From contig OZ360230.1 of NCBI GenBank assembly GCA_977017645.1, positions 32,798,001 through 32,862,000 on the forward strand: a DNA stretch of 64,000 bases, read 5' to 3'. Source of the stretch: Torpedo marmorata (lineage: Eukaryota). The notes beneath the pieces were generated by a model. That model was not told the DNA's origin. It was given only the letters and a program-made list of their open reading frames with translations, and made no database searches. The translations under genes were made by a program, and so were the position numbers. Each line of letters opens with the position of its first letter. Position 1 is the stretch's first letter. Positions 24,601-39,600 of this stretch are shown in pieces.

Positions 24601-27600
24601 AAAATCATTTTCACTTTATAGTTCCATGCACTGAATCAGTGAACTATTCCGTAGATATGGCATATTTGAGAAAAAAAAATTCTTAAAAATAACCATTGGT
24701 CTTGCAAGACGAGACCACGTGTGAATTTGCATTTTTTATGCCTCCACATTATAAAATCTAACTATTAAAATAAAAATGGCTTTGCCATCACTGTAAAGCG
24801 TTCAAATAACAAAATTGCCCAGCTCACTCTAATAACCAAGCAGAATTTCAACCTAATCAAATGAATATTAAGCTGTAGTCACTGCTGTCATATATGCATT
24901 CACTTTCTGGCTCTAATATCCTTTTCAAACACATTCTACTCTTGTAAGATCCAGATACTTTTGAACTGTAACAAATAATTCAATAATGGATAACCAACAA
25001 ATAAATATCTATGCCAATTCTACAACTTTTACCTTTAACTATTGATTGATATTTCATGGAGGTTTCTTCAAGATAAATAAACATGCAGTTCCATGACATC
25101 AGTTGCCAAATAGGTTATTGCATTCTGAAATACTTGGCATCAGAAAGGAAATGAAAGTAATTTGAATAGAGATCTGACTTCCAGGATCGTTGAATCTAAG
25201 TCTAGAACATAGAAGCTAGTACATAGAACAATTCAGCACAGTACAGGCCCTTCGGCCTTTGATGTTGTGCCGAACCACATATTCCTTCCTAAAAGAAAAG
25301 TACTAAATCCTCCCTAACCTATAACCCTCTATTTCTCTTTCATCCATGTGTCTCTCTAAGTGTCTTTTAAATTCCCCCAATGTTTCAACATCCACCACCA
25401 CCCCCAGCAATGCATTCCAGGCACCCACAACTCTCTGTGTAAAAAACCTACCCCTGATGTTTCCCCTATACTTCCCTCCATTAACTTTGTACATATGTCC
25501 TCTGGTGTTTGCAGATCCTGCCCTGGGAAACAGGTGCTGGCTGTCCACCCTATCTATTCCTCTCATAATCTTGTAGACCTCCACCAAGTCTCCTTTCATC
25601 CTTCTGCACTCCAAAGAGAAAGGTCCCAGCTCTGCTAACCTTGACTCAACAGACTTGTTTCCCAATCCAGCCAACATCCTGGTAAATTTCCGCTGCACCC
25701 TCTCCATAGCTTCCACATATTTTCTATAATCAGGTGACCAGAACTGAACACAATACTTACAAAAGATTTGTGGAGTTGCAACATGACCTCTCTTCTCCTG
25801 AATTCAATCCCCCTAATAATGAATCCCAGCATCACATATGCCTTTTTAAATATCCTGTCAACCTGTGCGGCGACTTTGAGGGATGTATGGATTTGTACCG
25901 CATGGTCCAAATGTTCATCCACACTCTTAAATATCCAACCATTAACCCTGTACTCAGCATTTTGGTTTGTCCTTCCAAAATGCATCACCTCACACTTATC
26001 CGGATTGAAATCCATCTGCCACTTTTCTGCCCAACTCAGCATCCTGTCAAAATCCTCTTGTAAACTTCGACAACCTTCAGCTCCATCTACAACTCCTCCA
26101 ACCTTCGTGTCATCCGCAAACTTACTGACCCATCCTTCCGCCTCTTCATCCAGGTCATTTATAAAAATCACAAAGAGCAGGGGTCCCAGAACAGATCTAA
26201 TAGCAGCTTTCCATGCCTCTATGTATTTTAACAATAATTTTTCACATATTTCAAGGAACTACATCTGTGACAACAGAACCAAGCACCTCCACCGAGCAAA
26301 TTACATCTTTGACCACTTCTACAACAGAGTCAACATCATTTGTCACAGGTAACATCAATCATAACCTGCTACTCCAATTGTTGGCATGGAATACATTGTA
26401 AGAGTAAAAATATTGTCTCGTTCACGTAATCTCTTGTGGAGCTATGCAAGGCGAGATACCTGACTGTCATCAGAAAGGATCATCGAGTCAGGCTCATGCC
26501 CCGATGAAATGACAGTTGCATCCAAGTTTTGATTGAAGGAAATTACTGGCAAAAATTAATCCTCAAGTATCAGTTTGGAAAATCAGTGTTTAATAAATAC
26601 ATATTTCAACGTCAAAAACCAAAAGTTGATTGAAATGATCATGCAGATTTCTTCGCATTCACTTCAAACTGTTGTCATTTTTTGCTGAGGCAAAATGGGT
26701 AAGCTTTTGGTGCATATTACTAAGAACAAATTTCAACCATTGCTCGAGGCTGACAGTTATCAACCTCATGTTGATCCTGACTCTAATTTTTCAGGATGCA
26801 ACATATAATGTTCAATATTGGCTTAGAATTTATTTTCCTTAATTTCATGCTTGCCTCTGTAATTTAACTGCATTATCATATATTAAGAAATTTTATTGTA
26901 TCCAGATAATTGTTGCCTTTAACATCAACGCATGCCTGAATTTAATTTCAGTCTCAGAAACAAGCACGGCCACCACTGGCCCTTCTACCACTCCAGGCAC
27001 AAGCAGCGAGACAACAGGTACAATCATGCACCATATACGTATCCACCGTTCGGTCTTCTCTCCCAGTCAATATTTCCTCTTGATGCAAATTAAAAACAGT
27101 AGGGATGCCTGATGTTTAAAGCTGAAAAGATTCTTCATCATGGTTAAACACAGTTCCATTCTGTGATTCAATGAAAAATTGCAATGATAAAGCATATTTG
27201 CAACAGCAGATTTAAGAAAAATAATCTGATGCCAGTGCAAGATGAAAATCTAACTGTAAATTTGTCTTGTCGTGTCTCTACATAAACTAACGTAATGATT
27301 CGACAACAATACCTTTGCCATGTCTGTGACGAATTCAGATGTCAAAAGGGGCTTCACATCAAGAACTAAACATCAGACTGCAGTGATTGGTGCCAAATAC
27401 ACAATCATTTACACGCTCTATTTTTTATTTTCAAAATCCTTGCAGTCAGCTTAAGTAATGTTGCCATTAAAATCTATTCAATGGTTTATCAAGGACTGGT
27501 GCACAAGTAAGTAACGGTGAAAAGTTCACAATTTTGCCCAACTATTCACTCATCACTTGCTGTGACATGGAACCTTCTTCACTTCGAAAATAATCAACAG

Positions 27601-30600
27601 TCACAAGGTATCCCTTGCAACATTGCTATTACACAAACTATTTGTCATAAGAAAGGAAATAAAATTAATTCACTGTTACATCGTCTGTTTAAACCATGTA
27701 TTAGAGCAGCTTGAACATACTCTGATGTATTTTAACTAAATGTAATGTGTATCTATTTAAAGGAACTCTATCTACAACGACAGTAGGAAGTACATCGTCA
27801 GTGGAAAGTACAACTTTCAGCTCTTCAACAACAGAGCCAACATCAACGTCAACAGGTAACATCAATGGGCACCGAGGCTTTGTATGTTGGCAGGGATGAG
27901 TTACAAATTGTAAAAATATACCACCAATCAAATATGTGCTTGGTGTATTGTCCAAGGCTGCATGTCATCAGAAAGGTTAAACTGTTCAAGGTCATTCCCG
28001 TATGGAAATTCTGTAGTATGAAATGTTCTGATCAATATAAATTATGTACATATTAATGCTCAGGGGGGCATAGGTTGCATCCCTGCGTGATGAATTCCAT
28101 GTTAAGTCATATACTTCAGAGAAGTTAATTCAACAGGATGGAATGAATTGAGGGATTAACGATAAACATTCATTGTACAAGTACGAGAAAATATTCCAAT
28201 CAATCTTAAAAACTAGGAATCATCTGAATGGTGGCTCGTATTTGACAGGATGTCACACTTTATTTTCAATTATTGGTAACCATTCCTTCTTCTCAGTTTC
28301 ATTTCCCCTTCAAAAATGTAAGTGCTCTGTTGTATAATAAGCTGTTTCATTACATCAAGAGAGTCAACTTGACTTTAACATCAGCACGTTTTGTCTTCAT
28401 TTTCAGTATCAGAACAAAGCACGACCACCTTGGCTCCTTCAACCACCTCTGCTACAAGTAGTGAAACAACAGGTAGATTTATACATCAAAAGTATCAATA
28501 CAATACATTGCAGATATGACAGTGGCTTTTTAGGGGCTTCCAGATAGAAGCGTGAATATACGGGGAAAAATGGGCTGAGTAACATTAAAAGCACGAGAAA
28601 TTTTGGAAATTTTGGCATATGGTAAATCTTTGACATAATGAGACCTTGGGCCGATTCCGGTGCAGTTCTGTTCTATTGTCCAGGTTCCCCACAGTCATGT
28701 ATTCTCTCAATTCAAGTGATGATTGGAGATGCTTGATAAATTTCTCTTCAGATTTCTGAACTGCTGAAGAAACTCATGTTCACTTTATAGTTCCATGCAC
28801 TGAATCAGTGAACTATTCCGTAGATATGGCATATTTGAGAAAAAAAATACTTAAAAATAACCATTGGTCTTGCAAGACGAGAACACGTGTGAATTTGCAT
28901 TTTTTATGCCTCCACATTATAAAATCTAACAATTAAAATAAAAATGGCTTTGCCGTCACTGTAAAGCGTTCAAATAACAAAATTGCCCAGCTCACTGAAA
29001 TAACCAAGCAGAATTCAACCTAATCAAATGAATATTAAGCTGTAGTCACTGCTGTCATATATGCATTCACTTTCTGGCTCTAACATCCTTTTCAAACACA
29101 TTCAACTCATGTAAAATCCAGATAATTTTGAAATCTAAAAAATAATTCATCAATGGACAACCAACAAATAAATATCGATGCCAATTCTACAACATTTACC
29201 TTTAACTATTCATTGATATTTCATGGAGGTTCCCTTCAAGATAAACATGCAGTTCCATGACATCAGTTGCCAACTATGTTATTGCATTCTGAAATACTTG
29301 GCATCAGAAAGGAAATGAAAGTAATTTGAAAAGAGATCTGATGTCCAGGATCGTTGAATCTAAGTCTAGAACAGAGAAGCTAGAACATGTAACAATTCAG
29401 CACAGTACAGGCCCTTCGGCCCTCGATGTTGTGCCGACCCACATATTCCTTCCTAAAATAAAAGTACTAAACACTCCCTACCCTATAACCCTCTATTTCT
29501 CTTTCATCCATGTGTCTGTCTAAGTGTCTCTTAAATTCCCCCAATGTTTCAGCCTCCACCACTACCCCCGGCAATGCATTCCAGGCACCCACAACTCTCT
29601 GTGTAAAAAACCTACCCCTGATGTCTCCCCTAAACTTCGCTCCATTAACTTTGTACATATGTCCTCTGGTGTTTGCAGGTCCTGCCCTATCTATTCCTCT
29701 CATAATCTTGTAGACCTCCATCAAGTCTCCTTTCATCCTTCTGCACTCCAAAGAGAAAGGTCCCAGCTTTGCTAACCTTGCCTCAACAGACTTGTTTCCC
29801 AATCCAGCCAACATCCTGGTAAATTTCCGCTGCACCCTCTCCATAGCTTCCACATATTTCCTATAATCAGGTGACCAGAACTGAACACAATACTTACAAA
29901 AGATTTGTGGAGTTGCAACATGACCTCTCTTCTGAATTCAATCCCCCTAATAATGAATCCCAGCATCACATATGCCTTTTTAAATATCCTGTCAACCTGT
30001 GCGGTGACCTTGAGGGATGTATGGATTTGTACCCCCTGGTCCAAATGTTCATCCACACTCTTAAATATCCAACCATTAACCCTGTACTCAGCATTCTGGT
30101 TTGTCCTTCCAAAATGCATCACCTCACACTTATCCGGATTGAAATCCATCTGCCACTTTTCTGCCCAACTCAGCATCCTGTCAAAATCCTCTTGTAAACT
30201 TCGACAACCTTCAGCTCCATCTACAACTCCTCCAACCTTCGTGTCATCCGCAAACTTACTGACCCATCCTTCCGCCTCTTCATCCAGGTCATTTATAAAA
30301 ATCACAAAGAGCAGGGGTCACAGAACAGATCTAATAGCAGTTTTCCATGCCTCTATGTATTTTAACAATCATTTTCACATATTTCAAGGAACAACATCTG
30401 TGACAACAGAACCAAGCACCTCCACCGAGCAAATTACATCTTTGACCACTTCTACAACAGAGTCAACATCATTTGTCACAGGTAACATCAATCATAACCT
30501 GCTACTCCAATTGTTGGCATGGAATACATTGTAAGAGTAAAAATATTGTCTCGTTCACGTAATCTCTTGTGGAGCTATGCAAGGCGAGAGACCTGACTGT

Positions 30601-33600
30601 CATCAGAAATGATCATCGAGTCAGGCTCATGCTCCGATGAAATGACAGTTGCATGCAAGTTTTGATTGAAGGAAATTACTGGCAAAAATTAATCCTCAAG
30701 TGTCAGTTTGGAAAATCAGTGTTTAATAAATACATATTTCAACGTCAAAAACCAAAAGTTGATTGAAATGATCATGCAGATTTCTTCGCGTTCACTTCAA
30801 ACTGTTGTCATTTTTTGCTGAGGCAAAATGGGTAAGCTTTTGGTGCATATTACTAAGAACAAATTTCAACCATTGCTCGAGGCTGACAGTTATCAACCTC
30901 TTGTTGATCCTGACTCTAATTTGTCAGGATGCAACATATAATGTTCAATATTGGCTTAGAATTTATTTTCCTTCATTTCATGCTTGTTTCTGTAATTTAA
31001 CTGCATTATCATATATTAAGAAATTTTATTGTATCCAGATAATTGTTGCCTTTAACATCAACGCATGCCTGAATTTAATTTCATTCTCAGAAACAAGCAC
31101 GGCCACCACTGGCCCTTCTACCACTCCAGGCACAAGCAGCGAGACAACAGGTACAATCATGCACCATATACGTATCCACCGTTCGGTCTTCTCTCCCAGT
31201 CAATATTTCCTCTTGATGCAGTAGGGATGCCTGATGTTTAAAGCTGAAAAGATTCTTCATCATGGCTAAACACAGTTCCATTCTGTGATTCAATGAAAAA
31301 TTGCACAGATAAAGCATATTTGCAACAGCAGATTTAAGAAAAATAATCTGATGCCCAGCATGATGAAAATCTAACTGTAAATTTGTCTTGTCGTGTCTCT
31401 ACATAAACTAACGTAATGATTCGACAACAATACCTTTGCCATGTCTGTGACGAATTCAAATGTCAAAAGGGGCTTCACATCAAGCACTAAACATCAGACT
31501 GCAGTGATTGGTGCCAAATACACAATCATTTACACACTCTATTTTTTATTTTCAAAATCCTTGCAGTCAGCTAAAGTAATGTTGCCATTAAAATCTATTC
31601 AATGGTTTAGCAAGGACTGACGCACAAGTAGGTAACGGTGAAAAGTTCACAATATTGCCCAACTATTCACTCATCACTTGCTGTGACATGGAACCTTCTT
31701 CACTTCGAAAATAATCAACAGTCACAAGGTATCCCTTGCAACATTGCTATTACACAAACTATTTGTCATAAGAAAGGAAATAAAATTAATTCACTGTTAC
31801 ATCGTCTGTTTAAACCATGTATTAGAGCAGCTTGAACATACTCTGATGTATTTTAACTAAATTCAATGTGTATCAATTTAAAGGATCTCTATCTACAACG
31901 ACAGAAGGAAGTACCTCCTCAGTGGAAAGTACGACTTTCAGCTCATCAACAACAGAGCCAACATCAACGTCAATAGGTAACATCAATGGGCACCGAGGCG
32001 TTGTATATTGGCAGGGATGAGTTACAAATTGTAAAAATATACCTCCAATCAAATATGTGCTTCGTGTATTGTCCAAGGCTGCATGTCAACAGAAAGGTTA
32101 AACTGTTTAAAGTCATTCACGTATGGAAATTCTGTGGTGTGAAATGTTCTGATCAATATAAATTATGTACATATTAATGCTCAGGGGGGCATAGGTTGCA
32201 TCCCTGCGTGATGAATTCCATGTTAAGTCGTATACTTCAGAGCAGTCACTTCAACAGGATGGAATGAATTGAGGGATTAACGATAAACATTCATTGTACA
32301 AGTACGAGAAAATATTCCAATCAATCTTAAAAACTAGCAATTATCTGAATGGTGACTCGTATTGGACAGGATGTCACACTTTATTTTCAAATATTGGTTA
32401 CCATTTCTTCTTCTCAGTGTCATTTCGCCTTCAAAAATGTAAGTGCTCTGTTGTATAATAAGCTGTTTCATTACATCAAGAGAGTCAACTTGACTTTAAC
32501 ATCAGCACGTTTTGTCTTCATTTTCAGTATCAGAACAAAGCACGTAGTGAAACAACAGGTAGATTTATACATCAAAAGTATCAATACAATACATTGCAGA
32601 TATGACAGTGGCTTTTTAGGGGCTTCCAGATAGAAGCGTGAATATACGGGGAAAAACGGGCTGAGTAACATTAAAAGCACGAGAGATTTTGGAAATTTTG
32701 GCATCAGGTAAATCTTTGACATAATGAGACCTTGGGCCGATTCCGGTGCAGTTCTGTTCTATTGTCCAGGTTCCCCACAGTCATGTATTCTCTCAATTCA
32801 AGTGATGATCGGAAATGCTTGATAAATTTCTCTTCAGATTTCTGAACTGCTGAAGAAAATCATGTTCACTTTATAGTTCCATGCACTGAATCAGTGAACT
32901 ATTCCGTAGATATGGCATATTTGAGAAAAAAAGTACCTAAAAATAACCATTGGTCTTGCAAGACGAGAACACGTGTGAATTTGCATTTTTTATGCCTCCA
33001 CATTATAAAATCTAACTATTAAAATAAAAATGGCTTTGCCGTCACTGTAAAGCTTCAAATATCAAAATTGCCCAGCTCACTTAAATAACCAAGCAGAATT
33101 CAACCTGATCAAATGAATATTAAGCTGTAGTCACTGCTGTCATATATGCATTCACCTTCTGGCTCTAACATCCTTTTCAAACACATTCAACTCATGTAAA
33201 ATCCAGATAATTTTGAAATCTAACAAATAATTCATCAATGGACAACCAACAAATAAATATCGATGCCAATTCTACAACATTTACCTTAAACTATTCACTG
33301 ATATTTCATGGAGGTTCCCTTCAAGATAAACATGCAGTTCCATGACATCAGTTGCCAAATAGGTTATTGCATTCTGAAATACTTGGCATCAGAAAGGAAA
33401 TGAAAGTAATTTGAATAGAGATCTGACTTCCAGGATCGTTGAATCTAAGTCTAGAACATAGAAGCTAGAACATAGAACAATTCAGCCCTTCGGCCTTTGA
33501 TGTTGTGCCGACCCACATATTCCTTCCTAAAAAAAAAGTACTAAATCCTCCCTACCCTATAACCCTCTATTTCTCTTTCATCCATGTGTCTGTCTAAGTG

Positions 33601-36600
33601 TCTTTTAAATTCCCCCAATGTTTCAACATCCACCACCACCCCCGGCAATGCATTCCAGGCACCCACAACTCTCTGTGTAAAAAACCTACCCCTGATGTCT
33701 CCCCTAAACTTCACTCCATTAACATTGTATATATGTCCTCTGGTGTTTGCAGATCCTGCCCTGGGAAAAAGGTGCTGGCTGTCCACCCTATCTATACCTC
33801 TCATAATCTTGTAGACCTCCATCAAGTCTCCTCTCATCCTTCTGCACTCCAAAGAGAAAGGTCCCAGCTCTGCTAACCTTGCCTCAACAGACTTGTTCCC
33901 CAATCCAGTCAATATCCTGGTAAATTTCCGCTGCACCCTCTCCATAGCTTCCACATATTTCCTATAATCAGGTGACCAGAACTGAACACAATATTTACAA
34001 AAGATTTGTGGAGTTGCAACATGACCTCTCTTCTCCTGAATTCAATCCCCCTAATAATGAATCCCAGCATCACATATGCCTTTTTAAATATCCTGTCAAC
34101 CTGTGCGGCGACCTTGAGGGATGTATGGATTTGTACCGCATGGTCCAAATGTTCATCCACACTCTTAAATATCCAACAATTAACCCTGTATTCAGCATTC
34201 TGGTTTGTCCTTCCAAAATGCATCACCTCACACTTATCCGGATTGAAATCCATCTGCCACTTTTCTGCCCAACTCAGCATCCTGTCAAAATCCTCTTGTA
34301 AACTTCGACAACCTTCAGCTCCATCTACAACTCCTCCAACCTTCGTGTCATCCGCAAACTTACTGACCCATCCTTCCGCCTCTTCATCCAGGTCATTTAT
34401 AAAATTCACAAAGAGCAGGGGTCCCAGAACAGATCTAATAGCAGCTTTCCATGCCTCTATGTATTTTAACAATCATTTTCACATATTTCAAGGAACTACA
34501 TCTGTGACAACAGAACCAAGCACCTCCACCGAGCAAATTACATCTTTGACAACTTCTACAACAGAGTCAACATCATTTGTCACAGGTAACATCAATCATA
34601 ACCTGCTACTCCAATTGTTGGCATTGAATACATTGTAAGAGTAAAAATATTGTCTCGTTCACGTAATCTCCTGTGGAGCTATGCAAGGCGAGAGACCTGA
34701 CTGTCATCAGAAAGGATCATCGAGTCAGGCTCATGCCCCGATGAAATGACAGTTGCATCCAAGTTTTGATTGAAGGAAATTACTGGCAAAAATTAATCCT
34801 CAAGTGTCAGTTTGGAAAATCAGTGTTTAATAAATACATATTTCAACGTCAAAAACCAAAAGTTGATTGAAATGATCATGCAGTTATCTTCGCGTTCACT
34901 TCAAACTGTTGTCATTTTTTGCCGAGGCAAAATGGGTAAGCTTTTGGTGCATATTACTAAGAACAAATTTCAACCATTTCTCGAGGCTGACAGTTATTAA
35001 CCTCATGTTGATCCTGACTCTAATTTGTCAGGATGTAGCATATATTGTTCAATACTGGCTTAAATTTATTTTCCTTAATTTCATGCTTGCCTCTGTAATT
35101 TAACTGCATTATCATATATTAAGAAATTTTATTGTATCCAGATAATTGTTGCCTTTAACATCAACGCATGCCTGACTTATTTTCAGTCTCAGAAACGAGC
35201 ACGTCCACCACTGCCCCTTCTACCACTCCAGGCACAAGCAGCGAGACAACAGGTACAATCATGCACCATATACGTATCCACCGTTCGGTCTTCTCTCCCA
35301 GTCAATATTTCCTCTTGATGCAAATTAAAAACAGTCGGGATGCCTGATGTTTAAAGCTGAAAAGATTCTTCATCATGGTTAAACACAGTTCCATTCTGTG
35401 ATTCAATGAAAAATTGCAATGATAAAGCATACTTGCAACAGCAGATTTAAGAAAAATAATCTGATGCCAGTGCAAGATGAAAATCTAACTGTAAATTTGT
35501 CTTGTCGTGTCTCTACATAAACTAACGTAATGATTCGACAACAATACCTTTGCCATGTCTGTGACGAATTCAGATGTCAAAAGGGGCTTCACATCAAGCA
35601 CTAAACATCAGACTGCAGTGATTGGTGCCAAATACACAATCATTTACACGCTCTATTTTTTATTTTCAAAATCCTTGCAGTCAGCTTAAGTAATGTTGCC
35701 ATTAAAATCTATTCAATGGTTTATCAAGGACTGACGCACAAGTAAGTAACGGTGAAAAGTTCACAATTTTGCCCAACTATTCACTCATCACTTGCTGTGA
35801 CATGGAACCTTCCTCACTTCGAAAATAATCAACAGTCACAAGGTATCCCTTGCAACATTGCTATTACACAAACTATTTGTCATAAGAAAGGAAATAAAAT
35901 GAATTCACTGTTACATCGTCTGTTTAAACCATGTATTAGAGCAGCTTGAACATACTCTGATGTATTTTACCTAAATGTAATGTGTATCTATTTAAAGGAA
36001 CTCTATCTTCAACGACAGAAGGAAGTACCTCGTCAGTGGAAAGTACAACTTTCAGCTCTTCAACAACAGAGCCAACATCAACGTCAACAGGTAACATCAA
36101 TGGGCACCGAGACTTTGTATGTTGGCAGGGATGAGTTACAAATTGTAAAAATATACCTCCAATCAAATATGTGCTTGGTGTATTGTCCAAGGCTGCATGT
36201 CAACAGAAAGGTTAAACTGTTCAAAGTCATTCCCGTATGGAAATTCTGTGGTGTGAAATGTTCTGATCAATATAAATTATGTACATATTAATGCTCAGGG
36301 GGGCATAGGTTGCATCCCTGCGTGATGAATTCCATGTTAAGTCGTGTACTTCAGAGCAGTCACTTCAACAGGATGGAATGAATTGAGGGATTAACGATAA
36401 ACATTCAGAATCAGAATCAGAATCAGAATTTATTGTCATGAACAAGTCATGAAATTCGGTGCTTTGCGGCAGCATCATAGTGCAATTAACATTCATATTA
36501 ACCATTCTAACGACATTACTATATAAAAATTATAAACAATAGTGCACTAGTGTCTTTGGTTCATTGATTGTTCAGGAATCTGATGGCAGCGGGGAAGAAG

Positions 36601-39600
36601 CTGACCTTGTGCCGTTGAGTGCTCGTCTTTAGGCTCCTGTACCTTTTCCCCGATGGAAGCAGCGTGAAGAGGGCATGGCCTGGGTGGTGGGGGTCCTTGA
36701 GGATAGAGGCTGCTTTATTAAGACATCGCCTCATGTATATGTCCTCGATGGAGTGAAGTTTGGTGCCCGTGATGTCACAAGCCGAGGTAACAACCTTCTG
36801 GAGTTTGCACTTGTCCTGGGAGTTGGCACCACCATACCAGGCAGTGATGCAACCAGCTAGAATGCTCTCCACGGTACACCTGTAGAAGTTCACAAGAGTC
36901 TTTGGCGACATACCGAATCTCCGCAATCGCCTCACAAAGTATAGCCGCTGACGAGCCTTCTTTGTGATTGCATCCACGTGGATGCTCCAGGACAGATCCT
37001 CGGAGATGTTGACACCCAGGAATTTGAAGTTCTTGACCCTCTCCACGACTGAGCCCTCGATGAGGACTGGGTTGTGTTCCCCTGACTTCCTCCTGAAGTC
37101 CACAATCATCTCCTTGGTTTTACTGACGTTGAGCTCGAGGTTGTTGTCATTACACCATTCAATGAGCTGATCTATCTCCCTCCTGTACGCTTCCTCATTG
37201 CCGTTTGTGATTCTGCCGACAACTGTGGTGTCATCGGCAAACTTGTATATGGCATTGGAATTGTGCCTGGCCTCACAGTCATGAGTGTATAGCGAGTAGA
37301 GCAGTGGGCTAAGCACACATCCTTGGGGTGCGCCTGTGTTGATAATCAGTGAGGAGGAGACGTTGTTTCCAATTCGTACTGACTGTGGTCTTCCGATGAG
37401 AAAGTCAAGGATCCAGTTGCAGAGTGGGGTACAGAGGCCTAGAGTTTGTAGCTTCTTGACCAGCACTGAGGGAATAATGGTATTGAAGGCCGAGCTGTAG
37501 TCTATGAAGAGCAGCCGTATGTATGAATTGCTGTTTTCGAGGTGATCCAGAGCTGAGTGGAGAGCCAGCGATATTGCATCTGCTGTGGAGCGATTGTGAC
37601 GATAGGCGAATTGCAGTGGGTCCAGATCTTTGCTTAGGTATGTGTTAATTCTGGCCATGACCAGCCTCGCAAAACATTTAATCACCGTAGAAGTTAGTGC
37701 TACTGGGCGATAGTCGTTGAGGCAGCTCACACTACTCTTCTTGGGCACCGGGATGATTGATGCCCTTTTGAAGCAGGTGGGAACCTCTGACTGCCGCAAT
37801 GAGAGGTTGAAAATGTCCGTGAACACTCCGGCTAGTTGGTTGGCGCAGATTTTCAATACCCTGCCAGGTACGCCGTCAGGGCCTGACGCCTTGCGAGGGT
37901 TCACCCTCTTGAATGATGTTCTGACGTCGCCCTCAGAGACAGATATCACAGGGTCCTCTGCCCTCTCAGGGATTCTATTAGGCACCGTTTTGTTCTTCTT
38001 CTCAAAGCGGGCATAGAAGGTGTTCAGCTCATCGGGTAGTGAAGCATCACAGCCGTCTATAGTGTTCCCCCTCGTTTTGTAGGCTGTAATGGCCTGCACT
38101 CCCTGCCATAGCTGCCGTGTATCTGTCTCTGTCTCTAGCTTCCTTCAGAATTGTACAAGTACGAGAAAATATTCCAATCTTAAAAACTAGCAATTATCTG
38201 AATGGTGACTCGTATTGGACAGGATGTCACACTTTATTTTCAAATATTGGTTACCATTTCTTCTTCTCAGTTTCATTTCCCCTTCAAAAATGTAAGTGCT
38301 CTGTTGTATAATAAGCTGTTTCATTACATCCAGAGAGTCAACTTGACTTTAACATCAGCACGTTTTGTCTTCATTTTCAGTATCAGAACAAAGCACGACC
38401 ACCCCGGCTCCTTCAACCACCTCTGCTGCAAGTAGTGAAACAACAGGTAGATTTATACATCAAAAGAATCAATACAATATATTGCAGATATGACAGTGGC
38501 TTTTTAGGGGCTTCCAGATAGAAGCGTGAATATACGGGGAAAAACGGGCTGATTAACATTAAAAGCACGAGAGATTTTGGAAATTTTGGCATCAGGTAAA
38601 TCTTTGACATAATGAGACCTTGGGCCGATTCCGGTGCAGTTCTGTTCTATTGTCCAGGTTCCCCACAGTCATGTATTCTCTCAAATCAAGTGATGATCGG
38701 AGATGCTTGATAAATTTCTTTTCAGATTTCTGAACTGCTGAAGAAAATCATGTTCACTTTATAGTTCCATGCACTGAATCAGTGAACTATTCCGTAGATA
38801 TGGCATATTTGAGAAAAAAAGTTCCTAAAAATAACCATTGGTTTTGCAAGACGAGAACACGTGTGAATTTGCATTTTTTATGCCTCCACATTATAAAATT
38901 TAACTATTAAAATAAAAATGGCTTTGCCGTCACTGTAAAGCTTCAAATAACAAAATTGCCCAGCTCACTTAAATAACCAAGCAGAATTCAACCTAATCAA
39001 ATGAATATTAAGCTGTTGTCACTGCTGTCATTTTTGCATTCACTTTCTGGCTCTGACATCCTTTTCAAACACATTCAACTCATGTAAAATCCAGATAATT
39101 TTGAAATCTAACAAATAATTCATCAATGGACAACCAACAAATAAATATCGATGCCAATTCTACAACATTTACCTTTAACTATTCACTGATATTTCATGGA
39201 GGTTCCCTTCAAGATAAACATGCAGTTCCATGACATCAGTTGCCAAATAGGTTATTGCATTCTGAAATACTTGGCATCCGAAAGGAAATGTAAGTAATTT
39301 GAATAGAGATCTGACTTCCAGGATCGTTGAATCTAAGTCTAGAACATAGAAGCTAGAACATAGAACAATTCAGCCCTTCGGCCTTTGATGTTGTGCCGAC
39401 CCACATATTCCTTCCTAAAAAAAAAGTACTAAATCCTCCCTACCCTATAACCCTCTATTTCTCTTTCATCCATGTGTCTGTCTAAGTGTCTTTTAAATTC
39501 CCCCAATGTTTCAACATCCACCACCACCCCCGGCAATGCATTCCAGACACCCACAACTCTCTGTGTAAAAAACCAACCCCTGATGTCTCCCCTAAACATC

